64,000 nucleotides of DNA from Octopus sinensis (GCF_006345805.1 NC_043006.1:91078001-91142000), one strand, 5' to 3'; shown: positions 36,891-49,752, numbered from the stretch's first letter. Numbers and translations are program-made. The notes: a model not told the origin generated them from the sequence alone.

Positions 36891-39785
36891 TTATTATTAT
36901 TATTATTGTTATTGTTGTTATTATTATCTACTTTATCACTTTCTTTTGCAATTTAATCTCACAAGGGATAAATATGTACAAATTTTTTTGTCCCCTGTGC
37001 CAATTCTCAACTTTCCCTAGTTATCAGCCAATTAAGCAGTAATTTACAAACCAATAAAGTTCTCAGCTGAACTTTTGTGCTTGCTTTCTGTCTTGAGAGT
37101 CACATCTCATTTATTAACATCAATTAAAAATCATTGAATAGCAATCTGATATCTGGACGTGTTGTTTTGTTTGGCGGTGGTGGTGGTGGTGGGGAGAATT
37201 ATCATCATTCCAGAAACTAAATTTAGAAATTGACTATTTCTATCTTTGATACCAGTTGGTCGGTCGGTCGTGTGTCTCACTTATATTTGTTTAATTGCCA
37301 TGCATCAATTTATCTTTCTTTTCTCTATCATCAGTTTTATTTTTACTCTTCTTTTTCAAGTTGGATTCCCCCCTCCCCAGTTATGATTATATATCTTAAA
37401 ATCATTGATTTACTACAAAAGATTTCATTAGGAACAGTTATTTATGACTTTATTGATTCCCCCCCCTTTTCTTCTCATTTTTATTGTCACACAATTGTTT
37501 AAAAGATTGTTATTAATTTTTTATTTTATTTTTAATTTTTTGTATCCTCATTAACAGTAAGAAAGTATAAATATTTTTTTCAATTATTTGAATGACATTG
37601 TTTGCTTGCTTACATAAGTTTTCTGCTAAAATATTTTGGTAGGAATCTTAAAAATACATAATTTTGTTAAAAGACTTGTCAGGTCTTATCAGTTAGTAAA
37701 ATAAATTTTAGCAAAGAAATAAAAAGTAAAATAGTGTAATGCAGTGGTGGGAGTGTGGGGGGATGAAATGTGTCATAACAAAAATATTTCCATCTTTTTA
37801 CAAAGATACAACAAACTATTAAACTACAAAATGCCAGCACTTTTGAGAAAGTCTACCAAATATTCAGACTTAATTATTCTTGTTCCTAATTTTAATGGAG
37901 ATTTTGTCAGTTTAGTTAATTTTAGGATAGTTAGAAATGAGGAAGATCAAGGCTAACTAGATTCTGAAAATCTTGCCCATATTGAGTGCACCAGAAATAA
38001 CTTAGCTTTTATGTTGCTGTTATTTTAAGCATAGATGGAAGGAATAGCATAATTCGTATATTCTGCATAAATTTACATATATCTGTGTGTGATATATGCA
38101 AACAGTTTTCCCTGTTTTCCTTTTCCTTTCTTCACTCACAACAAAATTATAGCGAAACCTAAAACTTAGTTCCTTAAAACTTATTTGCTATTGCATATTG
38201 TTCAGTTGCTGTGGCATTTCATTGAAACTTTTGCTCAACAATTATTTTTACTTTTCTCAACGTTTTTCAAAACGACATAACTGAAAACTTTCTGACAGTT
38301 TCACCCACTTCACTATTTTATAAATGTTTCTGGCAGTTGATTGATTTTATTGCTTAAAAAATTATTTCTAAAAATTAATGAATATTGGCAGAAAACATTT
38401 AATGATATCTTTCAACTGCTCTTATTTTCTGTTATTCCTGTCCAGGCACTGAAATGGCGTTGTATATTTTTGATATAGATATACTTCTGAAGCAAAAAAA
38501 AAAAGAAAAACATTTTCATTTTTGCCTATTTTGGTCATTTGGTTTTCTCATTTAATTTTCTTTTATATTTCCTTATAACAAATCTTTTTTATTTTCATTC
38601 TTTTTTTTTCTTGCTTGGAGGTTTTATTTATGAGATTTTTTTAATGTTTCGTAAAAATTTCAAACTCTATGAAATATTTACATTAAGATGGGACAATCAT
38701 TTTTTTTTTGTCATTTGTGCATGTTTTCTTATTAAGATAATTTGATATCAAATTAGATAATCTTTATGAAAATATCTCCTATAATTCTTTTAGAAAAGGT
38801 AAAAAAAAAACATTCATTAACAAATAATCTTAGCCTAATTAACAAAAGTAACCACACCATAACAGCCAAATCTAAAAAAAAATTTAAATTAAAAACACAG
38901 TGTTTGCTTTTCAACAGGGACCATATATTATTTTAAGTTGTAAATCTTAGGAAAACATTCCCTGAGTGTACCACAATCATAAATGTTGATCAGACACTTC
39001 ATTTAGTTGCTTTTTTCTGAGGTGTGGGTCATAGTTGGTGAAAGACCAGTCAACAGCTAGGCAAAACTCTTCAACTGTTTTATATACATACATATGTACA
39101 CACACACACACACACACAACTGATGACTGAGCATTCAAATCTTTGAAAAAAATTTCTTGCTATCAACAAACAAGTATATAATATCATGATTATTATTATT
39201 ATGAAGATGCAGCTACACATAAGCAAAATTTTCACTTGATTTGTTATTTTACCTGAGATGATTGTCAGGTGTCTATAAAAACAACTGAAATGACATGAAT
39301 AAAGAAAGAAATATATCCTTGGATAACATCCAAATCTGAAATTATAAACTTCTTTTTTTTCTGATTACCAGAATTCAATTAGGACAATAATTATCATTAA
39401 TGTAATGCTAGATAATTGGTTAAGTAATTTGTTAAATATTTAAATTATGAAACCGGATTTGGTGATGTTTTGTAATTAAAGTAACTTCATCTTTAGTGAT
39501 AAAAATGTCTTGTCTTGCTTAATCGTTCTCATCCACACAATATTTCAATTGATGTGACCTTCACTTGACATTGGAGGTCTTATTCGAGAAAGTGTTACAT
39601 AGTACCTGACTAGGTTTTAACTCTAACCACTTATTCTTAAAGAAGTGGTTCTCACCATCAACCTTAAAAATCACTACTTTCAAAATAAAGCTCACGTGAC
39701 CCCCGCCCTCCACCTCATACAGTCTCCAATATATTTCCATTTTATAAGACTTCTCGTTCTTTAATAATTTTCGCGAAAATTTAAC

Positions 39786-40519
39786 GGTTAATATAGGGCG
39801 TAACAAATATCAGAAAATCAAAAAAAAAATGTGTGTAATAGGTGTAAAACAACTTCCTATGAATGAATATGAAAAAAAAAATTTGCACCAATTACACTAT
39901 TTTTTCTTAGTTTAAAGGCCATGGACTGAAGATGTGAAATTTCCGAAGCCTCTCCCCCACCCCCCTTTCGCGAGCGCGCATTTCTTTCATGATAGTCGTT
40001 TAGAGCAAGTTGTTTTACACCTATTACGCTGTTTTTGTTTTTGTGCCCGGTTCAGACGCTTTCGGAAATTCCCGATATAAATATTCCGAGGCCTCTCCCC
40101 CACCCCCCTTTCGCGAGCGCGCAATTTTTTCATGATAGTCGTTTAGAGCAAGTTGTTTTACACCTATTACGCTGTTTTTGTTTTTGTGCCCGTTCAGACG
40201 CTTTCGGAAATTCCCGATATAAATATTCCGAGGCCTCTCCCCCACCCCTCTTTCGCGAGAGCGCATTTTTTTTTTTCATATTCGTTTAGAGCAAGTTGTT
40301 TTACACATATTACACTATTTTTTTTTTGTTTTGGTGCCCGGGTCAGCTCCTCAGACGCTTTCGGAACTTCCCGATGTGAATTTTCCGAGGCCTCTCCCCC
40401 CCCCCCCTTTCGCGTGCGCGAATTTTTTTTTTTCATATTCGTTCATAGGAAGTTGTTTTACACCTATTACACACATTTTTTTTTTGATTTTCTGATATTT
40501 GTTACGCCCTATATTAACC
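39786..40519. mobile_element. Foldback-type non-autonomous DNA transposon (about 100-bp TIRs, internal tandem repeats of about 143 bp, 6-bp TSD)
   Basis: GGTTAATATAGGGCGTAACAAATATCAGAAAATC... at 39786 and its reverse complement ending at 40519. TTTAAC flanks both ends (39780-39785, 40520-40525). The internal unit ccgaggcctctcccccacccccctttcgcgagcgcgc starts near 39943, 40086, 40227 and 40384. Confidence 0.88.
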
Positions 40520-40903
40520 TTTAACTTTAGGGTTATTACTGTACACAAATATCTAAAAAATGGGATGTGTTAGATGGCATACAATCAGCAAATCACTGCA
40601 CTTAATTAGCTTCTGTTTAATTATATCTTGGTTGTTCTCTTAGTTTTGAAAAACTTGTAAAGGCTTCATTTGTAAAACACAATTTGATAAAAGAGACCAC
40701 TGAACTCCAAATGGTTGAAACCCTCTCTGCTTGGAGTTAAACAGGTGATGATATTTGGTACATATCCAAGGAAAAAACAGGAGCACATCTGATGATTTTT
40801 GGAGATCAAATCAAGCAAAATATTTTCAAAGACTTTTTCATCCCATTTTAGTGGAAAATTTTAGCAAATCATCCCAGACATTTAGTTAAAAGTTTATGGT
40901 TAA

Positions 40904-42131
40904 CCCTTTCGTTACTATATTTCTGACCAAAATACACCTCTCATGAGTTTCAATTAAATTCTAAAATAATCATGAATTTAGGCTTGTTTCATTAAATAAC
41001 TGTAACTTTTTTACTTATCAACATTTTAATGTGATATTTGGAACATAATTAAAGGAAGGGTTCTTAATCAATTCTATTGCATAACTTTTGACTCAAAGTG
41101 ACTTTAATTACAGGTAAATCCAGGTAAATTGAGCAAAAGGTAAAAATATTAAAATTTTAAATTGAGCAAAAGGTAAAAAATAAAAATTTTGTTTAAACAT
41201 CACTATAGAAAATGAATCATCAGCTAATATTCAAATGGGTATGCAACAAAATTTTGATAAAGAAGAATTGTGCACATCAGTTGAATTTAATGCACAACAG
41301 GTGTACCATAAAGGTGGAATAAACTGAAATATTGGAATCCACCGTAAGTTTGACCGAACTAAAGAAATCGGTCAAAAAATAATATACGGCCCTGGTTATG
41401 GTATGGAAGTGATAAATTCCAGACCACATCGTTCCCTAGGCCATGCTGACTAATATTATTTTCCCTGTATAAAAACTAAATCCACGCAGTACCCAGTAAT
41501 TTGCTTCACAAATTTCCCAAACTTTGAACCCCGATTTTGAGTTTGTTTACAATCTGCGTAAGTTTGTTTCCACATTGATCGCTTCAAACTAGCATACTGA
41601 AAAAATAAAAGTCTAATGGTTTCACTTCCTAAGAAAGGCTATAGATAAACTTTATCTCCTCAGAAAAATTGCTAATAAAAACATTTAAAAAGTTTTTTTA
41701 CTTCATTCCGATGTAAAATCGTCTTCGCTGTCACCTTCGCCGCTTTGTTTCTTCGGAAGGCGCTGCTTTCATTTTCGGATAAAAAAATATTCATTATTTT
41801 GTACACCACGTGCTTTAGTACCTATTTCATTCTTTTTCTCGATATCTCCCTATTTTCCGTTGACAAAGCTTTAAATTCGGAATCAATGCTTGATAACATG
41901 AAACTCCTATCCATTTTCAAAGTTGAAGAAATATCGATGCTGAAAAACATGTGGAACAAAATCTCCCAAAATTCCCTGAGTTGAGATATCACTTGAAGCA
42001 ATGTCGGATACTATAACTTAACTATTTACAATGTGAAATCACATGCTTTAACGAATGTACCAACGAGATTTGGGTTCAAATTTACACTTAAATAACAATG
42101 GGTTCTAACGGCCGGGTTAGTAACGAAAGGG
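40904..42131 (-). mobile_element. Internally deleted piggyBac transposon
   Basis: 13-bp perfect TIR CCCTTTCGTTACT / AGTAACGAAAGGG with TTAA on both sides (40900-40903, 42132-42135). The minus-strand remnant GFKVWEICEA...FYTGK...QHGLGNDVVWNLSLPYHNQGRILFFDRF (about 41350-41530) matches the piggyBac transposase core. Confidence 0.92.
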
Positions 42132-44827
42132 TTAAGTCAAACTATTACTAAGTTAACTTGGTATTTTTTACTTGTGGTTATATACAGCTACTGTTTCAGT
42201 ATCAGTATATAAAATCCGTCCTTTATATGAAACCATCCTAAGATAAATACTGCTAAATTTGTTGTAGGGACACCAATCAGTTTTTTGCTCTCTTCTTACG
42301 ATTGTGAATTTTGTATGTATGTTAATACTAAACATTGCTATATGCATATTATACACTCTCACATATATAATGTTGGGTGTGTAGAAAACAGTGTTAATGA
42401 GAATAATGAAGTTGGGAGAAATTTGTTGCAAGTTGAAAACTGAAGTGTAGTGTCTTTGTACTCATAAGTGGTATCATACATGTCTGTATCTGATGGGGGT
42501 GGTTGGCAAAAATTTAACTATGAATAATATGCACTTCTTATTCTTACTGACATAAAAGAAATAGCTAAAAACTTCATTCACCCATCTATCTCTCTCTCTC
42601 TTTCTCCCTCCCTTCCTCTCCCCCATCTCTCTCTCTGTCCGATGAAGTGGACATGTCCTACACTCATGAAACCTTACGTAATCTTGGGCTGAGTCAAACT
42701 GATGTTAAATACACACACACACATGCACGTATAATATATATAATGCTGTTGACTTATTTTCTATGCTTGCACACACGCGCACACACACATCGAGAAAGGT
42801 ACAAACATATGTTCCACACAGATTATCAGCTAACTACAGCCTATGTTTCCCTCCAGTCAAGAGTGCAGCTATTGGATAGAAAAGCTCTGTCCAAACCTAT
42901 ATTTATCATTCTCCTGGCAGTCGGTATGTGTTGGAAGATGTTGTCATTCTATTATCATTATCATTATTATTATTAAATTTGTTTTACTTTAGTTGGGTAT
43001 AAAAATTGTTCAGATAATTCATCTAACCATATTGTTTAGCTAAACTATGCTTTCTAGACATCATACACGCACACACACACACATGCACATTCATGAAAAA
43101 TCCCATCTTTTAATTCACCTGCAACATTAAATGGCTGTTATTCTATGAAATAGTATTTTATGGAAAACTTAAGTCTACATTTTACAGATCTTGAATAGCT
43201 TTTGGATTCTATGATTCCATTTCTGCTGATGTGTGTTTTTTGAAAAGCATTTAACCTTTTTAATGAACATCATGATGTTTTAACTCAGTTTAATCTCTAC
43301 TTAATGTTTAGATTTTAGTAAGAGGTGAAGAGTAAAAGAGCTTTTTTTCTTCTTTCTGTTCTTTCTTTTTTTCTCAGCATTAATTATGTTATTTCCTCTG
43401 CAAGCTAAATAAGTACATTTTATCATTGTTTATTGCCTTTTTTTCTCTTCTTTTTGTCATTGTTACATTTACAACATGTATTTTAATTACTTTATTAAAA
43501 AGTTTAACTTTAAAGAAAAATAATGGAATTAATTACAAATTTAATTATAGCTTTGAACCTAATGTCAATACAGTTTATAGATAGAAAGAAAAGAAAATTA
43601 TTGATTAAGTTTATAAAAAAATCAAATAAATTAAAAAATCATAACAAATAAAAACTGTTCAGACTTTCATTTAGTCCAAATAATGTGACAATGGGGGAGG
43701 GGGTATGGGTTTTTTTCTCATTTTTGTTTTATTTTTTATTGTTATTTTTTCTTGTTAGTTTGGATTCACTGGTAGATATATATATATATATATAATTTTT
43801 GTATGTTGTGTGTTAAAGTATTCTCTCACTTTTCATTCTTCTTCTGGTTTCCTTGTGAGGTTAGCAACAATAGCAGGCAAAAACCGGAAAATATCGTGTC
43901 AATTACTGTATTGACTTACCAGTTCTTGATTATTCTGATAATCTGCATTAGTTGCCAGCAGAAACAGTAAAACCTGATCAGGGACGAGAGATGAGGGGGT
44001 CAGGGGAGTCAGTATCAGAAACCAATTAAGTGAGTGTAATGGAAGATAGGAAGTTTAAAACTAGGAATAAATTTAAAATGTGATCAATAAAAGAACTGAA
44101 ACTGATAGAGAGCCATGCAAAGGAAATCAAATGACATTCACATTTCTGGACATAAAAAAAGGTAAAAGTAATTTCCGTATGTTATAAAAACTGATTCTGT
44201 TAAAATGATTTAATGTTATTGTAGAACTCTAATAAATCTTTTTTTTTTTCATCTGTGAAATGTTGACCTACAATTCGAATTGACCCTTTTTATTCTGGGT
44301 ACATTTTGTTGTTTAGTTGCAGCAATCCATTTCTTTCCAAAGTTCAAATATTTAACCTCATTAAACAGCAACAGAAAAACATTGAAAGGGATGAAAACCA
44401 TCACGTATGTGTGATGGCTAATTTGTATTTAACTTGAATAGTTTTGGTCAAGGCTTGGTTTTTATTTTATTTGGGTTTTTATTATTATTATTATTATTTT
44501 GTTTATTCCCATTTGTTACACTAACTATAAAAATGTTACAGTTTTGTGTAAAAAAAAAACAATAAAAAACAGAAACTAAAGAGATATTTTATAGTAAAAA
44601 TTATAAATAAAGTTTTTAAAAATCATGTTAAAGTTCTTGCTTATTAACAAAAATTAATGACTTATTTTGTTTCTCTTTATTTCTATTTTGTTACTTTTAT
44701 CGTAGATAAATTTCAAAATTTTTTTTTTTTCAGAAACATGTCATTAACAAAACACATGGTAGCATTTCCATCCAAAATTCTTTCTCTCTATATTGCCTGA
44801 TAGTCAAGCTACATTTAATGCTACACC

Positions 44828-45360
44828 TTCTTTTATTATTATTATTATTATTATTGAGTGAGAGAGCAGTGCATGCCATCAAAGTGACACTGGGGTAAAA
44901 TATACGAAGCCCAGTATACCCATCATGACTACCCGTCTGATAAGGGTATACTAGGCACATGCATCACAACCATATGTGTGCGATATGGTGATCTCATATC
45001 AAGATAAACAGCACATGACCTTGCAGGTGGGGCCCAGTTAGAATTTTCTTCTGGTCGAGTAGTCCATCCCACTCAAACGGTCCCTGAATAAGGGTTGTTT
45101 AAGGATGTTGAACGAAACACCCATGTTTCCAGAGGTGAAATATTCAAACCCCAAAGAATTCCTCTCAACACATGGCTATGATGCTCCCCACTACTTCTGC
45201 TCATGATCAGAGATGCACACATCATCAGCCACTAAGGGACATGGTCAACTGGTTAAGGTCAAACAACTGACAAGCAAATCTGTGGTATTGAGCAGAATAT
45301 TTGCTGTAGCCCATCTTTTATACCAAGACAAAACAATGTACATGATAACACTTCCAATCA
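44828..45360 (-). mobile_element. Probable 3' UTR fragment of an (AAT)n-tailed (R4/Dong-like) LINE
   Basis: GC-richer block ending on the minus strand in ...GATGGCATGCACTGCTCTCTCACTC(AAT)n at 44853-44830 and bounded by another (ATT)n run at 45367. No coding motif seen, so the family assignment is inferred from the tail. Confidence 0.45.
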
Positions 45361-45366
45361 GTTTAC

Positions 45367-45400
<34 letters not shown>

Positions 45401-46000
45401 TAATCACAGCATCTGGCACATTTACAGCAGATGTCTTGGTTAAGACTGGTTACAATTAAACACATACTAACTTCTTAAGAATTGTCTTTGGCAATTTATC
45501 ATCATTAATCAAAAGTTTTATCTCTTAAGTATATTTTTGCAATAATACAGTTGATGGATCCCCTTTAGAACCCTGTCTTCTTCATCCTTCATGAAAACAA
45601 GATTGACAACTGAATTCCAAACACTTCATATCAAGTTTACAAAGTGTTTTTGCTTTGTTCAGAGAATAAAAAAAAGAAGAAATTTATTTAATTAAAGCTC
45701 TCTGGTTTAATAACCTCTTCTTATGTTTATATTTAATTGGTTCAGTCATCAACTGCTAGATGTCCTCTTCCTAAATTAAGAATACTAGCAATACTCATCT
45801 AATGAATTTTTAATACATTTTTATGATATTTATGCTTGATGTTTCAATAATGGCCGCCATATTGAGCAGAAATCAGTTGCTGGGCTTCACGGGATTAGTT
45901 TAGCAGTAATTTATGTGTGTATGCGTGTGTAATGACACACACACACAAATATATACATATCTATAAATAAACATTTATAGATGTGTGTGTGTGTGCTTTA

Positions 46001-46035
<35 letters not shown>

Positions 46036-46243
46036 GTGTTGTGTGTGTTTTATACTTATATATATATATATATATTATTCTTTGACAAGAATAGTGTTGA
46101 CATTGACTTTGAAGTGTTGGTTTGCTTAGCCTTTGTCAGATTGTCTGAGGAAGGCTAAGAAAGCTAAAAAGTCACTGTCAACATTATCCTCCTTAAGGAA
46201 GTGCAAAACTGTTTTTATTAATGACTCAGAATCCTTGCCATGA

Positions 46244-46460
46244 AGACAGCTGGCAGAATCATTAGCAAGCTGAGGGAAATGCTTAGTGGCATTTCATTCT
46301 GCTTTATGTTCTGAGTTCAAATTCCACCAAGGTCAGCTTTGCCTTTCATCCTTTCAGGGATGATAAAATAAGTGGACATTGGGGTTGATATAATTGACTT
46401 ACCCACCACCCCCAGCCCCCACCCAATAGCTGGCCTTGTGTCTATAGTAGAAAGAGTTAT
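46244..46460 (+). mobile_element. tRNA-derived SINE family C
   Basis: Colinear with 36668-36890; B-box GAGTTCAAATTCC. Confidence 0.75.
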
Positions 46461-46635
46461 AAAACCAGACAATATATATATTATGGGTATGTATGTATAT
46501 TGGTTCTGTAGAACAAATGAGAAATAAAACTCAGTCTATGAGTTTGATATGTGCTATGCACAAAACCCTTGGTTCCTGAGTAACATTTGGATATTTCTGC
46601 TAATTCTAATGAAAAGTGTAATGTACATATGTATG

Positions 46636-47480
46636 TACATTACAAAGGTTGGCAAAGGAGGGGGCCATTCGCGTGTTCATCGCAGTCCCCGATTTTTGTC
46701 GGTAGAAGTTGTCTTTGAAGGCGAAGAAGTTATTTTCCAGGATGAATTTAACCCCTTTTATCACAAATTTTTTTTTGATGCGATGTGGGAGTTCGTTGGC
46801 GTGATTCTCTAGCCAGAATTGAATTGCCTCTATTCCTAGGTTGTGGGGGATATTGGAATAGAGCTTGACTACATCGAAGGATACCAGTAGGGTGTTTTTG
46901 TTTATAGTATTCGGTAGGTGATTGAGCATATCCAAGTCGTCCCTTATATAGCTTTTGACATGTTTGAGGAGTGGTTTTAACAGGGTGTCTAAAAAGTTAC
47001 TGAGGCGGTGGGTTTCGCATGCGGGACCTGCTATTATGGGTCTCAATTTGAGGTCATTAGGATTAGGGACTTTAATTATTTTGTCTGTGGCTATCTTGCA
47101 TGCGTTGCTTATTTTCTCACTTTTGTGTATCTTAGGTATACCGTAGAATTGGCTGGGTTTACTTGTGAAATTGGTCATATAGTCATATTCTTTGTCGGTG
47201 AGCCCTTCTTTGTATGGGTTTAACATTGATTTTAGTTCCCTCATTATTTTTTGTTGACTGTAGTTTTGTGCCTTTTCATAATATGTTGTGTCTTCCAACA
47301 CAGATAGTACTAAAGTTATGTAAAATGTTGTATCCATTAAGACAACTGCACTCCCTTTATCGGCCTCTTTGATTGTTATTGTTTTGTCTTGTTTTAATTT
47401 GTTCAGCTCAGCCCATTCTTTTTTGCTGAAGTTTGGTTTGTGTTTTTGTTTGTGCATATGTTCATATGGGTAATTCGAGA
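46636..47480 (-). mobile_element. Penelope-like retroelement, RT N-terminal fragment (3'-truncated)
   Basis: Open ORF 46606-47457 with IKEADKGSAVVLMD, FYGIPKIHK, LRPIIAGP, LLVSFDVVKLYSNIPH and FYRQKSGTAMNTRMAPSFANL, which are typical PLE RT motifs. It breaks off before the YxDD motif and GIY-YIG domain. Confidence 0.92.
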
Positions 47481-47499
47481 TGTGTTATATATATATAAA

Positions 47500-49190
47500 C
47501 TAAAGATAAACCCCTCTACATAGCTTTCGTGGACTTAGAGAAAGCTTTTGACAGGGTCCCCCGATCCCTTATCTGGTGGGCGATGCGGAAACTGGGGATT
47601 GACGAATGGTTAATAAGGGCTGTACAGGCCCTATATAGAGAGGCTGTCAGCAAGGTTAGGATTGGCAATGAGTATAGTGAAGAATTCTGAGTAGCCGTTG
47701 GAGTCCACCAAGGATCAGCCTTCAGTCCCCTTTTATTCATCATAGTCCTCCAGGCAATAACAGAGGAATTCAAGACAAGTTGCCCCTGGGAGCTCCTCTA
47801 TGCTGATGACCTGGCCCTCATAGCAGAATCACTACCGGAACTAGAAAAGAAATTTCGGGTGTGGAAGCAAGGTTTAGAGTAAATGTAGCAAAGACCAAAG
47901 TTATAGTAAGCCGAAAGGCGAACTCATCACACACAGGTGGCCCTGCTCGATCTGTAGGAAAGGTGTAGGTAGAAACTCCATAAGATGTACCCAGTATAAG
48001 CTATAGACGCATAAGAGGTGCAGCAACATCAAAGGGAAATTAACTGATAAGATAGCTTTCATGTGTGGCAGATGCACAGGGACAATAGACACCACAGATA
48101 CTCAGAAAACAGATTCCATCACACTCCAGGGGGAGAAACTAGAAGTAGTTGATAGTTTCCGCTACCTAGGTGACCAAGACCAAGTTAGTAATGGAGGTGG
48201 ATGCTCAGAGAGTGTCACCACTAGAATACGAATAGCCTGGACTAAGTTTAGAAAGCTCCTACCCCTACTGGTGACAAAGGGTCTCTCGCTCAGAGTGAAA
48301 GGTAGATTGTATGATGCATGTGTACGAACTGCCATGCTTCACGGTAGTGAAACATGGGTTGTGACTGCGGAAGACATGCATAGGCTTGAAAGAAATGAAG
48401 CTAGTATGATTCACTGGATGTGTAATGTCAGTGTAAGTGCCCTGAGAGAAATGTTGGACATAAGAAGCATCAGATATAGTGTGCCACAGAGACATTTTGT
48501 ATGGTCATGTACTACGGATGGATAAAGGGAGATGTGTGAAGAAGTGCCACTCCCAAACAGTTGACGGTATCAGGGGGAGAAGTAGACCCAGGAAGACATG
48601 GGATGAGGTAGTCAAGCATGACCTCCGAGCGTTGGGCCTCACAAAGGCAATAACGAAAGACCAAGATCTCTGGAGATATACTGTGACTGCAAAGACCCGG
48701 GCTGCTTCCTGCACCAGTTTTGCATAGCCCCAGCCCATTCAAAGTACCTTGGATTGCAGAACAACCTGTTGTGCTTACCTTGGATCGTAGAGTTACCTGC
48801 TGTGCTTTAGGAGACCTATTGAGTCAAGTACATCAACATCAAAATGAATATCAAATGGAAATAGTAGTTGTGATACCTGTGCCGGTGGCACATAAAAGGC
48901 ACCATCCGAACGTGGCCGATGCCAACGCCGCCTTGACTGGCTTCTGTGCCAGTGACATGTAAAAAGCACCAACCGATCATGGCCACTGCCAGCCTCCCCT
49001 GGCACCTGTGCCGGTGGCACGTAAAGAACACCCACTACACTCACGGAGTGGTTGGCGTTAGGAAGGGCATCCAGCTGTAGAAACACTGCCAGATCAGACT
49101 GGAGCCTGGTGCAGCCTCCTGGCTTCGCAGACCCCGGTCAAACCGTCCAACCCGTGCTTGCACGGAAAACGGACGTTAAACGATGATGAT
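47500..49190 (+). mobile_element. RTE-clade LINE, 5'-truncated (RT, C-terminus, 3' UTR, (GAT)n tail)
   Basis: LYIAFVDLEKAFDRVPRSLIWWAMRKLG, VGVHQGSAFSPLLF, LLYADDLAL, VDSFRYLGD, KGRLYDACVRTAMLHGSETW and RGRSRPRKTWDEVVKHDL, with an in-frame stop near 47687 and frameshifts. The 3' UTR ends GGAAAACGGACGTTAAACGATGATGAT. Confidence 0.93.
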
Positions 49191-49192
49191 AT

Positions 49193-49233
<41 letters not shown>

Positions 49234-49752
49234 CACAAGCACACACACACACATATGTATACACTCATGCACATATACACACATTCCATATGTATGGTTT
49301 TCTATCTCACACCATATGTGTTCAGCAATTCCCAATTGATGCGATGACATTTATTGTCTGTACACAAAACTGACTTAATTATCTGTAATCTCAAAATATC
49401 AGAAATATACACAACCTCGTGTATCTCTCAAATAGGCTAATTACAATTAAAAGCAACATATGTAAAATATTTATGAATTCATGTACAGTTGTCCACCCAA
49501 AAACCATAAACCTAAATCTCATTTTTAAGATTTAAGCATAATTTTTTCTTAATTAAATTTGATATGTTCACAAAGGGTAAAATTTGTTCAAAATTAAACA
49601 CACACTTATTTACTTAGATAAACACATCATATTTATATATATATAATAAGTTCATCAAAATTTAGATTCAGATGAATATGGTACTTACGTCAAAGGCACC
49701 AGAATTTTGTATGTTATTATCCATATAAATCCATGGGGTGATTATAATCAAA

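Noticed and set aside
39916-40440. Regularly spaced repeats resembling a CRISPR array
   Set aside because: The units are whole tandem copies of about 143 bp without unique spacers, inside a TIR element in eukaryotic DNA, with no cas genes.
41745-41984. CpG-rich region as a host gene promoter or first exon
   Set aside because: It lies inside the TTAA-flanked piggyBac element and is better explained as the transposon's 5' region.
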